DNA from: Camelus dromedarius
Lineage: Eukaryota
Direction of reading: 5' to 3'
Assembly: GCF_036321535.1 (NCBI RefSeq)
Contig: NC_087436.1
Coordinates: forward strand, 93,932,001 to 93,996,000
Length of the DNA: 64,000 nucleotides
The position numbers and the translations under genes are program-made. The notes below the pieces were generated by a model that saw only the letters and a program-made list of their open reading frames with translations, was not told the DNA's origin and ran no database searches. This document shows positions 24,372-37,164 of the stretch, piece by piece (the stretch's first letter is position 1; each line of letters starts with the position of its first letter).

Positions 24372-24585
24372 CAGTGGTTCTCCACTGGGGGAGATTGTGC
24401 AGGGGGCACAGGGCAATGTCTGGAGACATTGCTGGTTGCTACAGTCTGGGAGGGATGGAATGCTACTGGAATCTGTGGGCAGAGGCCAGCGATGCTGCTA
24501 AATATCCTGAGATGCACAGGATAGCCCCTTACAACAAACAATTATCTGACCCTAAAGTCACAATTGCCAAGGTTTTAAAACCTTG
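24372..24585 (+). mobile_element. MER20 (hAT-Charlie) non-autonomous DNA transposon, full length
   Basis: 'cagtggttctcc...ggcaatgtctggagacat...agaggccagcgatgctgctaaatatcct...aaaccttg'; 8-bp TSD remnants ttctagaa / ttctaggc. Confidence 0.9.
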
Positions 24586-25619
24586 TTCTAGGCGAGTCTT
24601 TGCTCTCCACAACCACTGCAGTCCTATATAGCAAACAGTGTGCTTGCCTTTAGTTTTTAATTTCCATCTATTTCTGAAGATTCAGGGTCAGGGAAGGAAT
24701 TTGAGGGAGAAGGTCAGTGACAAAGCTGAATTGAACTCTGCTCTTATGATGCAAGCGTTCACCAGCAGCCTGCTAGAAAAGCCTGCAAAGTGTGTTTTTC
24801 CCTTTGCCATGGATTCAGAGCTTAATGTCTTCTTCACTCTTTTAAGTTTCTGGGAATTTTTCCTTGGGTCCTACTGATGTCACTAAAATACTCCCACAAT
24901 TTTGTTAGACTTTTTTTTTTTTTTGAGAGGAGTCTTGGTCTTTATGAGTTTCTAACAGAGCTGGGCTTTGAGAAAGGTTATTAGTAGAATATATTGAGAC
25001 CTGAAGATGCCTTCAGTTTAAAGCTTTATGTTAAGTAGAATGAAGTTGTCCTGTGCTTTATCAAGTTTGTATCTTGAAGTCATTTAAAATGAAAAGTCCT
25101 TAGGTGATTCTTTAAACTCCATAGAGAGATAAAATCTATATTAAACAAATACATGCTTCCAGAACTCTTGAAAATTCTGTATTTTGGGGGGCCCTTTTGG
25201 GGGCAGTAACTCCAGCCATTTATCCATTGAGTAGACAACAGGTTCTATATCAGTCATTGGAGATACAAAATGGGTAAGAAATACTCTGGGTTCTTAAGGA
25301 GCTCACAGATGAGGTGAGACATGTAAGGGGAAAAAAAAAGCTTTTTTGTATTTTCCATAATAGAGGTATTTCTTATTCATCCATTGATTCACTGAATACC
25401 GTTTATTTCGTGTCTATGTTTACCTTCTAGAAATATGAAAAGATCTGTTTTAAAGGAGTTTTATGGGCTAGTACTGACAGAATGACAACATTAAAAATGA
25501 GTACCATGAAATATTCCAGATGCTCTGAGGAATCAGTAGCACCAGTTTAACCTGAGGAGGCATAGGGGGAGAAAGAGGGAACTTTAGGAAACTCCTTGTA
25601 ATTTAATACACTTTTTAAA

Positions 25620-25830
25620 TAGCCTGTGTTAATAGCATGCCTGATCCTATTCTAAGCACTTTACAGAGATGAACTCATTTAATCCACATAAAAATACTGT
25701 GAAATACATGCAATTATTGTCCCCATTTTACAGACCAGAAGACTGAGCTACAGAGAGGTTCAATAACTTGGCTAGGATTGCATAGTAAGGGCAGAGCCAG
25801 AGTCCAAAGCCACTCAATTTGGCTCTAGAC
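25620..25830 (-). mobile_element. MIR
   Basis: 'ttctaagcactttacag...aactcatttaatcc...ccccattttacagaccagaagactgag'. Confidence 0.85.
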
Positions 25831-27094
25831 TAGATGTGATTCTTGAATGAGTCTTGAAAGAGGCTCAGATATGAAAAACAGGTAGTTGCCAATTAGGCGG
25901 GAATCCCTGACCCCAGAGAGAGATGGGGGAAGAAACTAGATCACAAGGACTTTATCTCCTGGGCAAAGCGTGTACGAATGGAAACTGAAAAAGAAGGAAC
26001 AATCACTTGGGTTCCTACTTTTAAAAGTCTTTGTGCCTTTCCTTTAAGCTCTTTTAGTAATATGACTGCATTTTTCCACACCATTGTCCTTGAGCCGTAC
26101 TGCAGTTCGGTACCTGCTGTCCCTCACATTAACTTTCTTCATCTTTGCACCGTCTGTGGGATATTCAGAGTCCCCAACTGACAGAGGTGGACTCTGAGGC
26201 TCCCTGGGAAAAATGACTTAATTCACATGGAACCCACAATCTAACCCAGGCCTTCTAAATTAAAGTTTTGATTTCCTTCTACTTCACACTTGCCTCCCCC
26301 AATAAAAGTGGATATCAAAAAAGGTTTGGAAATGTTTACAAACACTGCAGATAGCTCACATGTTCCACATCATCTTGTTTTTCCGAGTCAGCGATGACAG
26401 TAGGATTAGCAGGCGGACTGTAAGGAATGTACATTTAAGGCACTCAGCTTCATTCAGTGGTGCCATGTTTGCAGGATTTTTGCTCCTTGTGTTTACTTCA
26501 TAACATGTGTTCACCCAGACTGTGGCTTCCATGCCAGGATCTTAGGATTGTACCTGCTTTTCTAACAGCAGCTTTGGCAGGTCAGTGATTATCAGAGCTA
26601 AGATTGTCATTGCTCCAACAATCTTTGAATTCAGAATTTGCATGTTTGCCCAGCACAAACAAGCCTAGTTGACAGGAGAGAAAAAGAAATCCAAGTCTAA
26701 GCTTGTTTCAATCTCGATGGCAAAAGAAAGGGCTTTTTATGCTGTTTTGTACACAATTTTAATACTCAACAGGGGTTGGGCCCCCGTGTAAGGGCATGAG
26801 ATCTTTGGCTACTGGGTTGGTACTTTAGAACCTGTACACTTGAGAATATAAATTACTCTCCAAGCCTGTGCTTCCCTCAAGTAGTAATGTTCTGCTTACC
26901 ACTGGCGAGCATTTACTAGAGGAACTACTGGATACTGGTCATTCTGATACATTGGTCTGCCTTCAACCTGCTCACCCTTCAGGGGGGACACCTGACTTCC
27001 CCTAACTTACTGTAGTGTAATGATGCTTGTGATCTGAACAGGGAGACCACAGGAGCGGGTAGTCAGGGAAGAGAGGGGTCTTTTAGCTGGATTT

Positions 27095-27536
27095 TGTTGT
27101 TGTTGTTTGAGATATAATTCACATGTCATAAATGTCACCATTTTTTTAAGTGTCAAATTCTGTGGTTTTTAGTGTGTTCACAGAGTTGTGCAATCATCAC
27201 CACCATCTAATTCCAGAACATTTTCATGACCCCAAAAAGAAAACCTGTGCCTGTTAAACAGTCACTCTCCATTTCCCTTTCTCCCACCCACTGGTAACCA
27301 CTAATCTACTTTCTGTATCTATAGGCTTGCCTATTCTGGACATTTTATATACACAGAATCACATGATATGTGGCCTTTGTGTCTGGCTTGTTTCACTTAG
27401 CGTATATGTTTTCAAGGTTCATCTGTGTTGCAGCACATGTCAGCACTTCATTTCATTTTATGGTGGAAAATATTCCACTGTATGGATAGACCACATTTTG
27501 TTTACCTAGTTAGTCATCAGTTGGTGGACATTTGGT
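27095..27536 (-). mobile_element. Old L1 (L1MB-like) 3' fragment
   Basis: 'gagatataattcacatg...cagagttgtgcaatcatcaccacc...ttccagaacattttcat...tggatagaccacattttgttt'. Confidence 0.85.
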
Positions 27537-27614
27537 TTCAGCTGGATTCTGAAAAATCTGGTTTTTGCAAGGCATCAAAGGGAGTGTGCATTTTAGGGCA
27601 GATAAAACCCATCA

Positions 27615-27790
27615 TTTAAATTAACATATGTACTGAATGCCAGGCACATTCTGAGTCCTCATGGCTACCCAGTGAAGTGGCATATGAGGCAGAAAGACAA
27701 TTTGCCCAGGTTACTGACAGTAAGTGGAGAGCTGGGGTCCAAATCCTGGCAGTCTGGTTTTGAAGTTCATCACTCAACCACCCAGCTATG
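27615..27790 (-). mobile_element. MIR fragment
   Basis: 'aatttgcccaggttactgacagtaagtggagagctgggg'. Confidence 0.55.
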
Positions 27791-28884
27791 CTATGAAGGG
27801 AGGGTCATGGGGCAAGGCAAGCCTAGTCTGTGGAACTGTCTCAGTGAGTTAAAGGGCAAGCGGGGTACAGGAGCGTGACAGATGAGGCCAGTGACTGGCT
27901 GTCTTGGACTCAGCAGTTGTCCTCGTAAAAGACACACTGCCTGCATCATTCTCCTATTTGAAAGCTGCCCCTCATTCTCCATCTTTCTATGTTAGGTTCC
28001 CAATACTAACCATTTCTTATTTACCTGTACAATTTTCCCTCACATATATTTCACCTGTATCATCATTTAATTCATATTTTCTTGAAATCAACTCTTGTTT
28101 TGCTTACATACATATATTGGAACTTTATCTTCCTACCTTCACTGGAAAACCAGTATTTTTCTAATGCACATTTCAATAAACCAAACCATTAAAATGAAAT
28201 GTCTTCACTCATTACTAGCTAAAAGCAGCTTGCACATCAGCAGTGGGTGTCATACATATTGAGAAATTGGGGCTTGCAAGGAGGATTTGAACACTGTACT
28301 GGGCAGTTCAAAACTCAGCTTCAGTCTACACGCCAGCCTCATAGCTGGCTTGTACACATCAGTACCCCGTGTAGTTGTCACATCAGACATGCTTGCCTCC
28401 TCCCTGGATGCATGTGCTTTTTCACTACAACATATTGTTCCTTTGACAGTCCTTTACTTCTCCCTCCATCTTTTCTTAGCATCAGCTCAAATCATTCCTC
28501 CTCTCGAATCTTCTCAGATCCTCTGGATTCCTCCTGAACTTGGCTCTGGGATGTCTTGTCTTATAGTGCTGTTACTTTTTTAGCGTGTTCCTCTCAGATT
28601 TGAGGTGCCTCATGTTTGGAAACATTTATTTGTTAAATGAATAAACAACTAACATGGGCCAAACAGTAAAGACCTTGATTACGATAGTATTAGGAACTGG
28701 GACATTCCCACATCATAGAATGTTTTGAAGCAAATCACGTGATTGGTCCTGTTGTTAACAAAGCTAAGTGGATTCATTGTGTGGAGGTCAAATGGAGGAG
28801 TGAGGTCCTGGAAGCAGGGAGGCAAATGTAAAGTAAGCACTGATGTAAGTCCCAGGTGCCAAGAAGAGGCTCCACTATATCAGA

Positions 28885-29385
28885 AAACATGCATACCTTA
28901 TGAGCCAGCAATTCCACTCCAGAAATTACATATGTTCACCAAAATATAAGTTTAACAGTGCCCTTAGCATCATCATTAAAAATATCCCCAAATTGGAAGC
29001 AACTCAGATATCCATCAATAGTAGAATGAATTTAAAAACTGTAATTTATTCATTTAATAGAATACTACATACAGTGAACAACTATTATTACATGTAAAAA
29101 TATGCTCATAGCTCACAAACATAATTTTTAGTGAAAGAAACCAGACCCAATAGAATATATACTGTACGATCTCCATTTACTAAGTTCATAAATGGACAAA
29201 CAAATCTATGATGTTGAAGTCAAGGATAGCCGTCAACCTTTGGTGGATGGTGCTCAAGGGGGACATGAGGACTTTGGCGGTGCTAGTGGCACAGTGTGTT
29301 CAGTTTGTGAAAATTCATTGAGAAATACTCTCTTTACCTGTGCATTTTCTGTATATATGTTGTACTAAAATGAAAAGTTTACATT
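28885..29385 (+). mobile_element. Old L1 (L1MC/L1ME-like) 3' fragment
   Basis: 'tatgagccagcaattccactcc...tatccatcaatagtagaatg...agtgaaagaaaccagac...cagtttgtgaaaattcattgag'. Confidence 0.8.
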
Positions 29386-29387
29386 TT

Positions 29388-29587
29388 GCTTTTTTGTTTG
29401 TTTTATGAGGGGGAGGTAATTATTTGTTATTTAATAATAAATAATAAATTTATTATTTATTTATTTAGCTTTATGAGGGGGAGGTTTATTTTATTTTTTT
29501 ATATTTGAAGGAGGTACTGGGGATTGAATCCAGGACCTCATGCATGCCAAGCATGCGCTCTACCACTTGAGCTATACCCTACCCCCC
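29388..29587 (-). mobile_element. tRNA-Ala-derived SINE with duplicated tail segment and 15-bp TSD
   Basis: 'tttatgagggggaggt' occurs twice; TSD aaaagtttacatttt (29373-29387) / aaaagtttatgtttt (29588-29602). Confidence 0.9.
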
Positions 29588-29891
29588 AAAAGTTTATGTT
29601 TTAAAAATTAGGAATAATATAAAAGAAATCAGCAGAAAGGAATTTTTAAAATTACACTGTCTTATTCCAGAAAGAAATAAACAGGCGACTTTATGAAAAA
29701 TGACTAATGATGAGTCTAAAATCCTGAGCTGCTTCTCTCTGTTTTCATTTGGGCAGTTGTCTTGGGGTTTATTAACTGCCATGGTTTAGCTGCAAAAGTG
29801 ATAAATACTAACAGTGGAATTTTGTTTGACAACATTTGAACCATATAGAGTCATTTGTCTATTTCATTGTTAGAGCATCTCTATAGAGATT

Positions 29892-29990
29892 CACTATTAT
29901 CCCCATTCTCCAGATGAGGAAGCTGAGGCCCAGGGAAATGTCTTAATTTGCTCTAAGTCACAGGGCTAGTGAGTGACTGAACTGAAACCG
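29892..29990 (-). mobile_element. MIR core
   Basis: 'attatccccattctccagatgaggaagctgaggcccaggg'. Confidence 0.8.
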
Positions 29991-30499
29991 TTTCCTTTAA
30001 GCCCTGCCCTCGACTCAGGGCCACCTGGAGTTGGCAGTGCTACTTGGACTTGGAGTCTCCAGGAACAGAATGGAGCAAAGGAAGTTGGCACTAAGCGAGG
30101 GAAGAGCTGTGAGCCAGCTACATGATAAATCCATGGTGGAAGCTGTGTAACTAATTATGTCAAACCAACAAACAAGTAAAGCAAAACTTTCTTGGCACGT
30201 GAATTAAATCCATTGTTCTTTTCTGCTTAAGTAATTAGGGGCTTAAGTACAAATGAAATGATCTCAAGTTAACAGAAAGAGAATGTCATTGACTTGATTG
30301 AGTTGTAATTGAAAATGTTTTTGGCTGCTTCCAGTTAGCTTTCAGCAAACAAACTTTCCATGGGTGGTCATGGAATCATCTAGCATGTTTTCAGTTGGAC
30401 TGGACCACAGGGGCTTTCTGGTTCGACATTCCATCTGATGCAGAAATGCTTCTGCAGCATTAGTGATAGTTAGGATCTGATAAATATGTGCCCTGAGAG

Positions 30500-30660
30500 C
30501 CTCCAATGGGCTAGGCACTCATTACAGCTGTCTGAGTTGCTGTTATTAATATTCCTGTTTTACAGATGTGCAAATAGACTTAGAGGTTAAGCAGTTTATC
30601 CTGAAACACAGCTGGTTCTAGCAAAACGGATCCAGACGCAAGTTTTTCTGACTCCATACT
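30500..30660 (-). mobile_element. MIR fragment
   Basis: 'attcctgttttacagatgtgcaaatagacttagaggttaagcag'. Confidence 0.65.
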
Positions 30661-30959
30661 TGGAGGGTTTTGTTGCTGTGCTTACTTCCCTGTTTCCATC
30701 CTGGCCTTGAATTCCTGCAGTGATGGGTGCACCACCACGATGCTTCATCGTGAGACACTTCAGGCTAGGAATGGAAAACCCTACGGGGAAGCTCTTACAT
30801 TTAGCTGGAATCTTCTTTCTCTTAACTTTCATCTACAGGGCCTAGTTTTGCTTTCAAGAGTAATACCACTTAAGATGCCTTCTTTTGGGTGAAGGCCACC
30901 CCGCCAGAAATTTTAAGTGAGGGATTATATTAGTCTGGTTTCCAGAATGATGCAAGGAC

Positions 30960-31442
30960 TCCAGTTATCTCTTGGTGTACAGTAAACTACCTACTGGTGG
31001 TAGGTCAGGCAACCACCAGTGAGTACCTGTCATCTCTCACGATTCGGGCAGAGCTCAGCTGGGAGAGTCTTCATGCTGATACAGGCGTCAACAGGGATCT
31101 GTTGGTGACATCCTACTCATGGTCAATCTGGTCCAAGGAGCCAAGATGGCTTCCCTCCCATGCCTGGCGCTTTGGCAGGGACAGTCTCAAGCCTCTTCGT
31201 AAGGTCTTTCCTATAGAGTAGTTGGACTTCTTACATGCTGGCCAGGCACTCCAAGGGTGAGTGAACCCAGAGAGGACAGTGAAGCTGCCAGTCTTTTCCG
31301 GCCTGGCCCTGGAAGCTGGAACAGTGTCACTTTCAGATCAAAGCACACACAGAGCCCACCCAAGTTCAAGTGGAGGGACATAAACCCCACCTTTCAATGG
31401 AGGAGTTTGTGAAAGAATTTGCAGCCATTTTTAATCTGCCGT
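30960..31442 (-). mobile_element. MLT1-type MaLR solo LTR (MLT1H-like)
   Basis: 'ccaagatggcttccctcccatgcctggc...ttggacttcttacatg...ccccacctttcaatggaggag...aaagaatttgcagccatttttaatctgcc'. Confidence 0.8.
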
Positions 31443-32429
31443 GCTAAGGATCAGCCTAACTTAATCCCCATTTTCCTGGGTTGGAGGTGGTACTCCCTAT
31501 TTGGGTCTGAAAGTCCTCCTGCTGAACTTATTATTTTCTCTCTTTTGGGGTGTTTGAACTTTAGAGACTTTTTTTCCTAATGATTATTTTAGTTATAGAG
31601 CACAATTTTTATCAGTACTAATTATTTGCTGAATTTAAGGATGGTGAGCTCATTGGTATGATAGTCCTATAAGGACAGATTCTCCTTCTGACAGACAAAA
31701 GACTTGCTGATATAATTCATGGGCAGTTTAAACACATATGAACAGAGGACAGAAGGATGCTGGAGATTGGGTAGAAAAAAGAATATAAAAACCCTAAATC
31801 AAAGAGTTTTTATAAATAGCTTAATTTATACTCTCATCCTTTCACATTATTATCAGTTTTTCATTCCCACCAAGCATTTGTGATGTTTTGATTCTTTCAT
31901 ACAGCATTTTAAAGTTCTGTAATTTTGGTCAATGATGTTTGCTTTTAACTTTGATTTCTGTTGGAAATTGAGGCAAAACTCAATAGTTATTCCTCTACGT
32001 ATATTAGCAGAAAGAGTTAATTGAAATTATTTCTAATCTTTTGATCCTTGTCACACTACTCTGTTATGCAATAATACACTAAAGAATTTTCAGAAAGCAA
32101 CTGTTGGGGACCTAGTGTAGCTCCCTGCCTTAAAAATGTGCCATTTTGTGGAGTTATGCTAGCAGCTGGTATGCTAAATTAACCAAAAGGTGCTGTTTTG
32201 GAAAACGGAAAATACTTTAGGCAGAAGTAAAATCAAGATGCTTTGGATAAGAGCTGTGAATTCATTGTAGCCAGGTGCCTTGTCCTTTGTGCTTGAGATC
32301 CTGAGGAAAATCTTCTATGGGGATTCAAAAGCTAAAATAGGTTTTTCATGGGCAAATGTTGTTTGTTTGTTTTAATTTTTTACCGACATAGTCACTACTG
32401 CAAAAATAGTTTCATGTGCTCATTTCATG

Positions 32430-32700
32430 TGCCTTTACTTTGTTTTATTGATATACTTCAGTACATACGGAATGGTACTTTTCCAAACACTCCTGTGTGC
32501 ATGAGCCAAACATAAGGAATAAAACATTACAGAGAAAATTGAAGCCCCTTGTGAACTCCATCCCACCACCGCACCCCACCCCCGTTCCTCTTCCCCCCTT
32601 CACAGGAGGGGCCTCTACCCCAAATGCAGACATTATCATTCCCTGACATGTCTTCTTGCCTTTATATGGTGTAAACTCATAAATAACATATAGAATAACA
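32430..32700 (-). mobile_element. Old L1 (L1ME-like) fragment
   Basis: 'tttattgatatacttcagtacatac...ataaggaataaaacattac..gaagcccc'. Confidence 0.5.
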
Positions 32701-32704
32701 TTCT

Positions 32705-32925
32705 TAATGATTGGGGAGAAAAATCAAAAGAAGAATAATCTTGAAAATTAAATGAAATTCAAATTTCAGTGTCCATAAAGTTTTATTGGTATATAGTGTA
32801 AAAATTTATCGTCTATGGTGGCTTTTGTGCCTCATGGTGGATTTGAGTAGCTGGAACTGAAACTGTATGGCCTGCAACAGCTAAAATATTTAACTATTTG
32901 ATCCTTGCAAAAAAATTTGCTGAAA
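32705..32925. mobile_element. MER58B-like hAT-Charlie element
   Basis: 'atgaaattcaaatttcagtgtccataaagttttattgg...gtatggcctgcaacagctaaaatattta'. Confidence 0.75.
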
Positions 32926-33792
32926 AAAATGCCCTTTGTCTGCCATTTACACACACACATACACAGAGTAGATAATCTGGCTACAGAAAGATTGGTGTGT
33001 AGGTCTAGGTGCCTTGGCCGGGAGCTGGCTGAAGTGGACAAAAGACTTTTTTAAAAATGGCCTAAAAATTCTCCTTTTCTCTTGTCTCTTCACAAAAGCA
33101 TGATTGACCTCTCCCCTCCCAACCCCCATCCCCTGAATGATTATATCTTGGTCCTTGGCTTTAAGCTTCTTTTCCTCTTGCTCTTGCTTTTCCACCCCCA
33201 TGCCTACAGCACCAGCAAATTCCATCTGTCCTGTGACAGAAAGAACAGCTCTAGGGATAGTTATCCTCCTCCCTCCCCCAGAAGTTCCCGGCTTAGCAGT
33301 GGGCTTTGCCCGTGTCTCTGATTTGGCACATTGAGTTCCCTTGGACTTCCCTTGTCTTCAACTCTTGGAATTCCGGCTTATTGTACAGCAAGAGACAGTG
33401 ACCACACAGGCTACAGATAGACAGGCGGATGTCAGCAAAGAGTAATTGAACAAAGCATCTTTTAAACATAAACTCTATGAAGAGTTGATGAGGTTATTTC
33501 AATTTCTTTTGCAAAAATAATAATGATACCTCTCCCTGGTTTCTTTAACGATGGATCTTCCCCTTTCCTGAGCCAGAATTTGAGCAGATGTTTGTTCCAG
33601 CTGGTCATTTCCTCTTGCAATAACAGCTGACCAATGCGTGGTGCTGAGCACTTACTTGGGGGATGTCCGAGTGTGAGCTTCACGGGCTGTGAAGCCTGGC
33701 AGTTCACTTGCTATTGGGGAGACCTTGGTATTCCCTTAGGGAAGAAGAGGGGAATAGCAGTGTGTGGTGTCTGCCTCAAGAGACAGACTACA

Positions 33793-33930
33793 GGAGGGAG
33801 GGTAGAGCCCAGTGGTAGAGTCTGTGCCTAGCAAACATGAGGTCCTGGGTTCAATCCCCAGTACCTCCATTTAAAAAAAAATTAAAAAACAGAACCTAAT
33901 TACCTCCATCCCCATCCCCTCCACCCAAAA
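33793..33930 (+). mobile_element. tRNA-Ala-derived SINE (diverged), followed by an L1-type terminal stub at 33931-33979
   Basis: 'gggagggtagagcccagtggtagag...gaggtcctgggttcaatccccagtacctcc...acctaattacctcc'. Confidence 0.85.
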
Positions 33931-34039
33931 GTATACAGTGCTGAATGTCAATTAGATCTCAGTAAAACTGGAAGGAAGAAAAAGAAAGACTACAAAGACT
34001 AATGGTACTCAGTCTTCGATCTCAAGGAATTTTTAAGTG

Positions 34040-34400
34040 AGTGAGATTGAAAAAAATAGAAAATGACAAATACTACAGGGTAAAGAATCAAAGTTGAGTA
34101 TGATAAAGGCTGTAAGACAGGTACAGAAGAAGTATTGGAGTAGAAAGGAGGGAGAGACGGTTTCCTTCTGGGAACAATCTGAAGGGCTTCTTGAAGAAGG
34201 TGGCAGGGAAAAACAAGGATCTGGATCCATGGAGTTTAGAGCAAGAATATTCTAGGCCATGGGGAGCATGAGCAGAGGCACTGAGGCAGAGATACCAGGT
34301 TGCAAACAGAACAAGTCAGTCTGATGTTGTATGAAGAGAATAGAGGGAGAAGTCAGAAGGAAGATGAGTAAGGTCTGGTGAGGCCAGGCCTTCAGCACCA
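34040..34400 (-). mobile_element. L2 fragment
   Basis: 'gaagggcttcttgaagaaggtggca...atattctaggccatggggagcatgagcagaggcactgaggc'. Confidence 0.55.
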
Positions 34401-35199
34401 GGCGGAGGAGTGTGGTAGCCACAACATGTTATATACTCCTGCCAGCGATCGGTGTACCCGTGCGATGATTGCTTTTGAGTCTGAGCTCTGGCCTCAGATC
34501 TAGAAGATAGCCATACCACAAGGCCTTGACTTTCCCTATCTTGGTCCAGTGTCACTGCGCACAGATTTGCTATCTCAGTACAGGAGACGTGAAAGACACT
34601 GGAACATGCTGTTTCACAAAACATCTCCAAAAGAGCCAATCTGAGAAGCATTGCACGAGGGCCCGCATCTCTCCATTATCACTTTCCAATCAGGAGAAAT
34701 ATCCCTGACTGTAGCGGAATTTGCTGTCCTTTGTGTCTCTTACTATTCAAGTTCTCATGGAGAAAGAGGGCAGAGTGGAAATGTTCATATTTGAAGCGGG
34801 TGGAGGAGTGGAGGAGAGAAAAAAAAGAGATTTTTTTTCTAAACTATTCCCTTGGATGGGTAAGGAGACATTTATCATGGTTTCAGGTGTATCTAAAGTG
34901 GTCTTCCATGGGTCTCCTTTCTTTATTTAGTCACATATTTTTCAAGGTTTCCATTTATGAAGGTGGTTTATTAAATAAACAATTATTTAATGTTCTTATA
35001 ATAATGTGTATCCTAAATTTTTTCCTTGACATTAAATTGGATGGGGATAATAAACTGAACTAAGGTTCAGAATGCCATTTCAGTGAGGACATGAAGGAGC
35101 AGAGATTCTCAAGTATGTGCAGACTGAGTTCTAGGTCAGACTCACTCTGGGTCCCAAGTCTGGGGATCTGCATTTTGACATATACCTGAAACGAAAGAT

Positions 35200-35805
35200 G
35201 GTTTTTATTGTGGTAAGATATACATAATATAAAATTTACTATTTTTACCATCCATCCCTGGAACTTTCCCATCTTCTCAAACCAAAACTTATTAAATAAT
35301 AACTCCTCGTTTTCCCTCCCTCAACCCATGGCAACCACCATTTTACTTTACTATGAATTTGACTAGTCTGGATATCTCAATAGTAGTTTTATATGGTATT
35401 TGTCTTTTTATGACTGGCTTGTTACACTTAGCATAGTGTCCTCAAGTTTCATTTGTATTGTAGCATGTGTCAGAATTTTATTCCTTTTTGAGACTGACTA
35501 TATTTAACCTATGTATAAGTAACACATTTTGTTTATCCATTTGTCAGTTGATGATACTTGGCTTGATGAACTTTTTAGCTATTGTGAATAATGTTGCTAT
35601 GAATGCTAGTGTGCAAGTATCTCTTTGAGTCCCTGCTTTTAATTCCTTTGAGTCTATACCTAGGAGTGGAATTGCTGGATCATATAATAATTCTGTGTAA
35701 TTTTTTGTGGAATGGTTGACATCTGTTATTTTCTTTTTTTTTTTAATATATAATAGCCATCTAATGTGTGTAAAGTGGTGTCTCATAGTGGTTTTGATTT
35801 ATGTG
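35200..35805 (-). mobile_element. Old L1 (L1MB-like) 3' region
   Basis: 'tttattgtggtaagatatacataatataaaatttac...gctattgtgaataatgttgctatgaa...ctaggagtggaattgctggatcata'. Confidence 0.85.
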
Positions 35806-36591
35806 ATTGATTCTTTTTTATATCAAGTTTGGTAAGAGAATGTTAATTTACAGAATTGTAAAAATTACTTCACAAATGCCAGTGAACAGTTACAAAAACA
35901 CCTTGACGTCACGCAGTCCAGCTGTGCATTATGAAGTAGTTACTTAAAAGTTACTGTGGTACAGGGTGCTGTAAATAACAGGAAAATAAGTTAATGCTTG
36001 TCAAGTGATGCTTTCCTTGTATTCCGTGTTGATGCTGGTTTTTGCTGAGTCCCTGTAACTGCAATCTACTCAACCTAAAGAAGAACTAAGAAAAAGAAAG
36101 AAAAAAGATTAAATAGTTAGGAAAAAACTTGAACTTTTTAAGCAAAGGTCAAAGATTCTTCATTTGAAATTTGAATGGGAAGTGGTAGATGTCTGGAGAT
36201 GAGCAGTCACCTTAGAACAAGTGTAGTACCACTTTGTTTATGAATAGGCACTTTTCCCGAGTTGTAAAACATATTTTTGGAAGTGACTCACTTTGGGATT
36301 ACCAAAGAGAATCTCTCCTAAGCATCCAAAATACATATAAACTTTGAGAGATTCAGTTTTCATACACCTAATTCTTGCCAGTCCCTGAAACATCATGTGC
36401 TTTTTCTGCCGTATTTCTTCACATATGATATGTCCTGTGCCCTCTCTCCTACCTAGAGAACTCCTCCCAGTGTTTTACCCTCTGGGGAGCCCTCTGGTCC
36501 CAGGTAGAACCCATCATCTGCCAAGATAATTGTGAAATTGCCCACACACACCTGCCACTCCTTGATTTTTCTCACCCCCAGATTCTGTTAC

Positions 36592-37045
36592 CTTTTTTAA
36601 AACATTGAGGTGAACTGAAATTCATATAACATAAAACTAATTAGAGTGTACAATTTAGTGGTATTTAGTACATTTCCAATGTAATGCAACCATCATCTTT
36701 ATCTAGTCTGAAAACATTTTCATCACCTCTAAAAGAGACCCCTTGTAAGAAATCACTCCTTACTCCACCTTCCCCCAGCTGCCAGTCACCACTAATCTGC
36801 CTTCTGTCTTTATGGATTTACTTACTCTGTAATCATATGAAATAGAATCATACAACATGTGGCCTTTTACGTCTGGCGTTTTTCACGTAGCCTGATGTAT
36901 TTGAGGTCCATCCATGTTACAGTATGTATCAATATTTCATTCCTTTTTAAGATTGGATAATACTCCATTGTGTGGCTACACCACATTTTGTTTATCCTTT
37001 CATCTGTTGATGGACATTTGGGTAGTTTCCACCCTTTGGGCTGTT
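36592..37045 (-). mobile_element. Old L1 (L1MB-like) 3' region
   Basis: 'gtgtacaatttagtggtatttagtacatt...ccacattttgtttatcctttcatctgttgatggacatttgggtagtttccac'. Confidence 0.85.
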
Positions 37046-37164
37046 GCTTTTTAAGATAGCCACAGCCAAGTTGTGTGCTGATCACCAAGTGAGGCCGTGT
37101 GTCTTCAGCTTGGAAAGAGGGGCCCTTGCCTAGCAAAGAGGACCACATAGTGACTTGAGATAAG

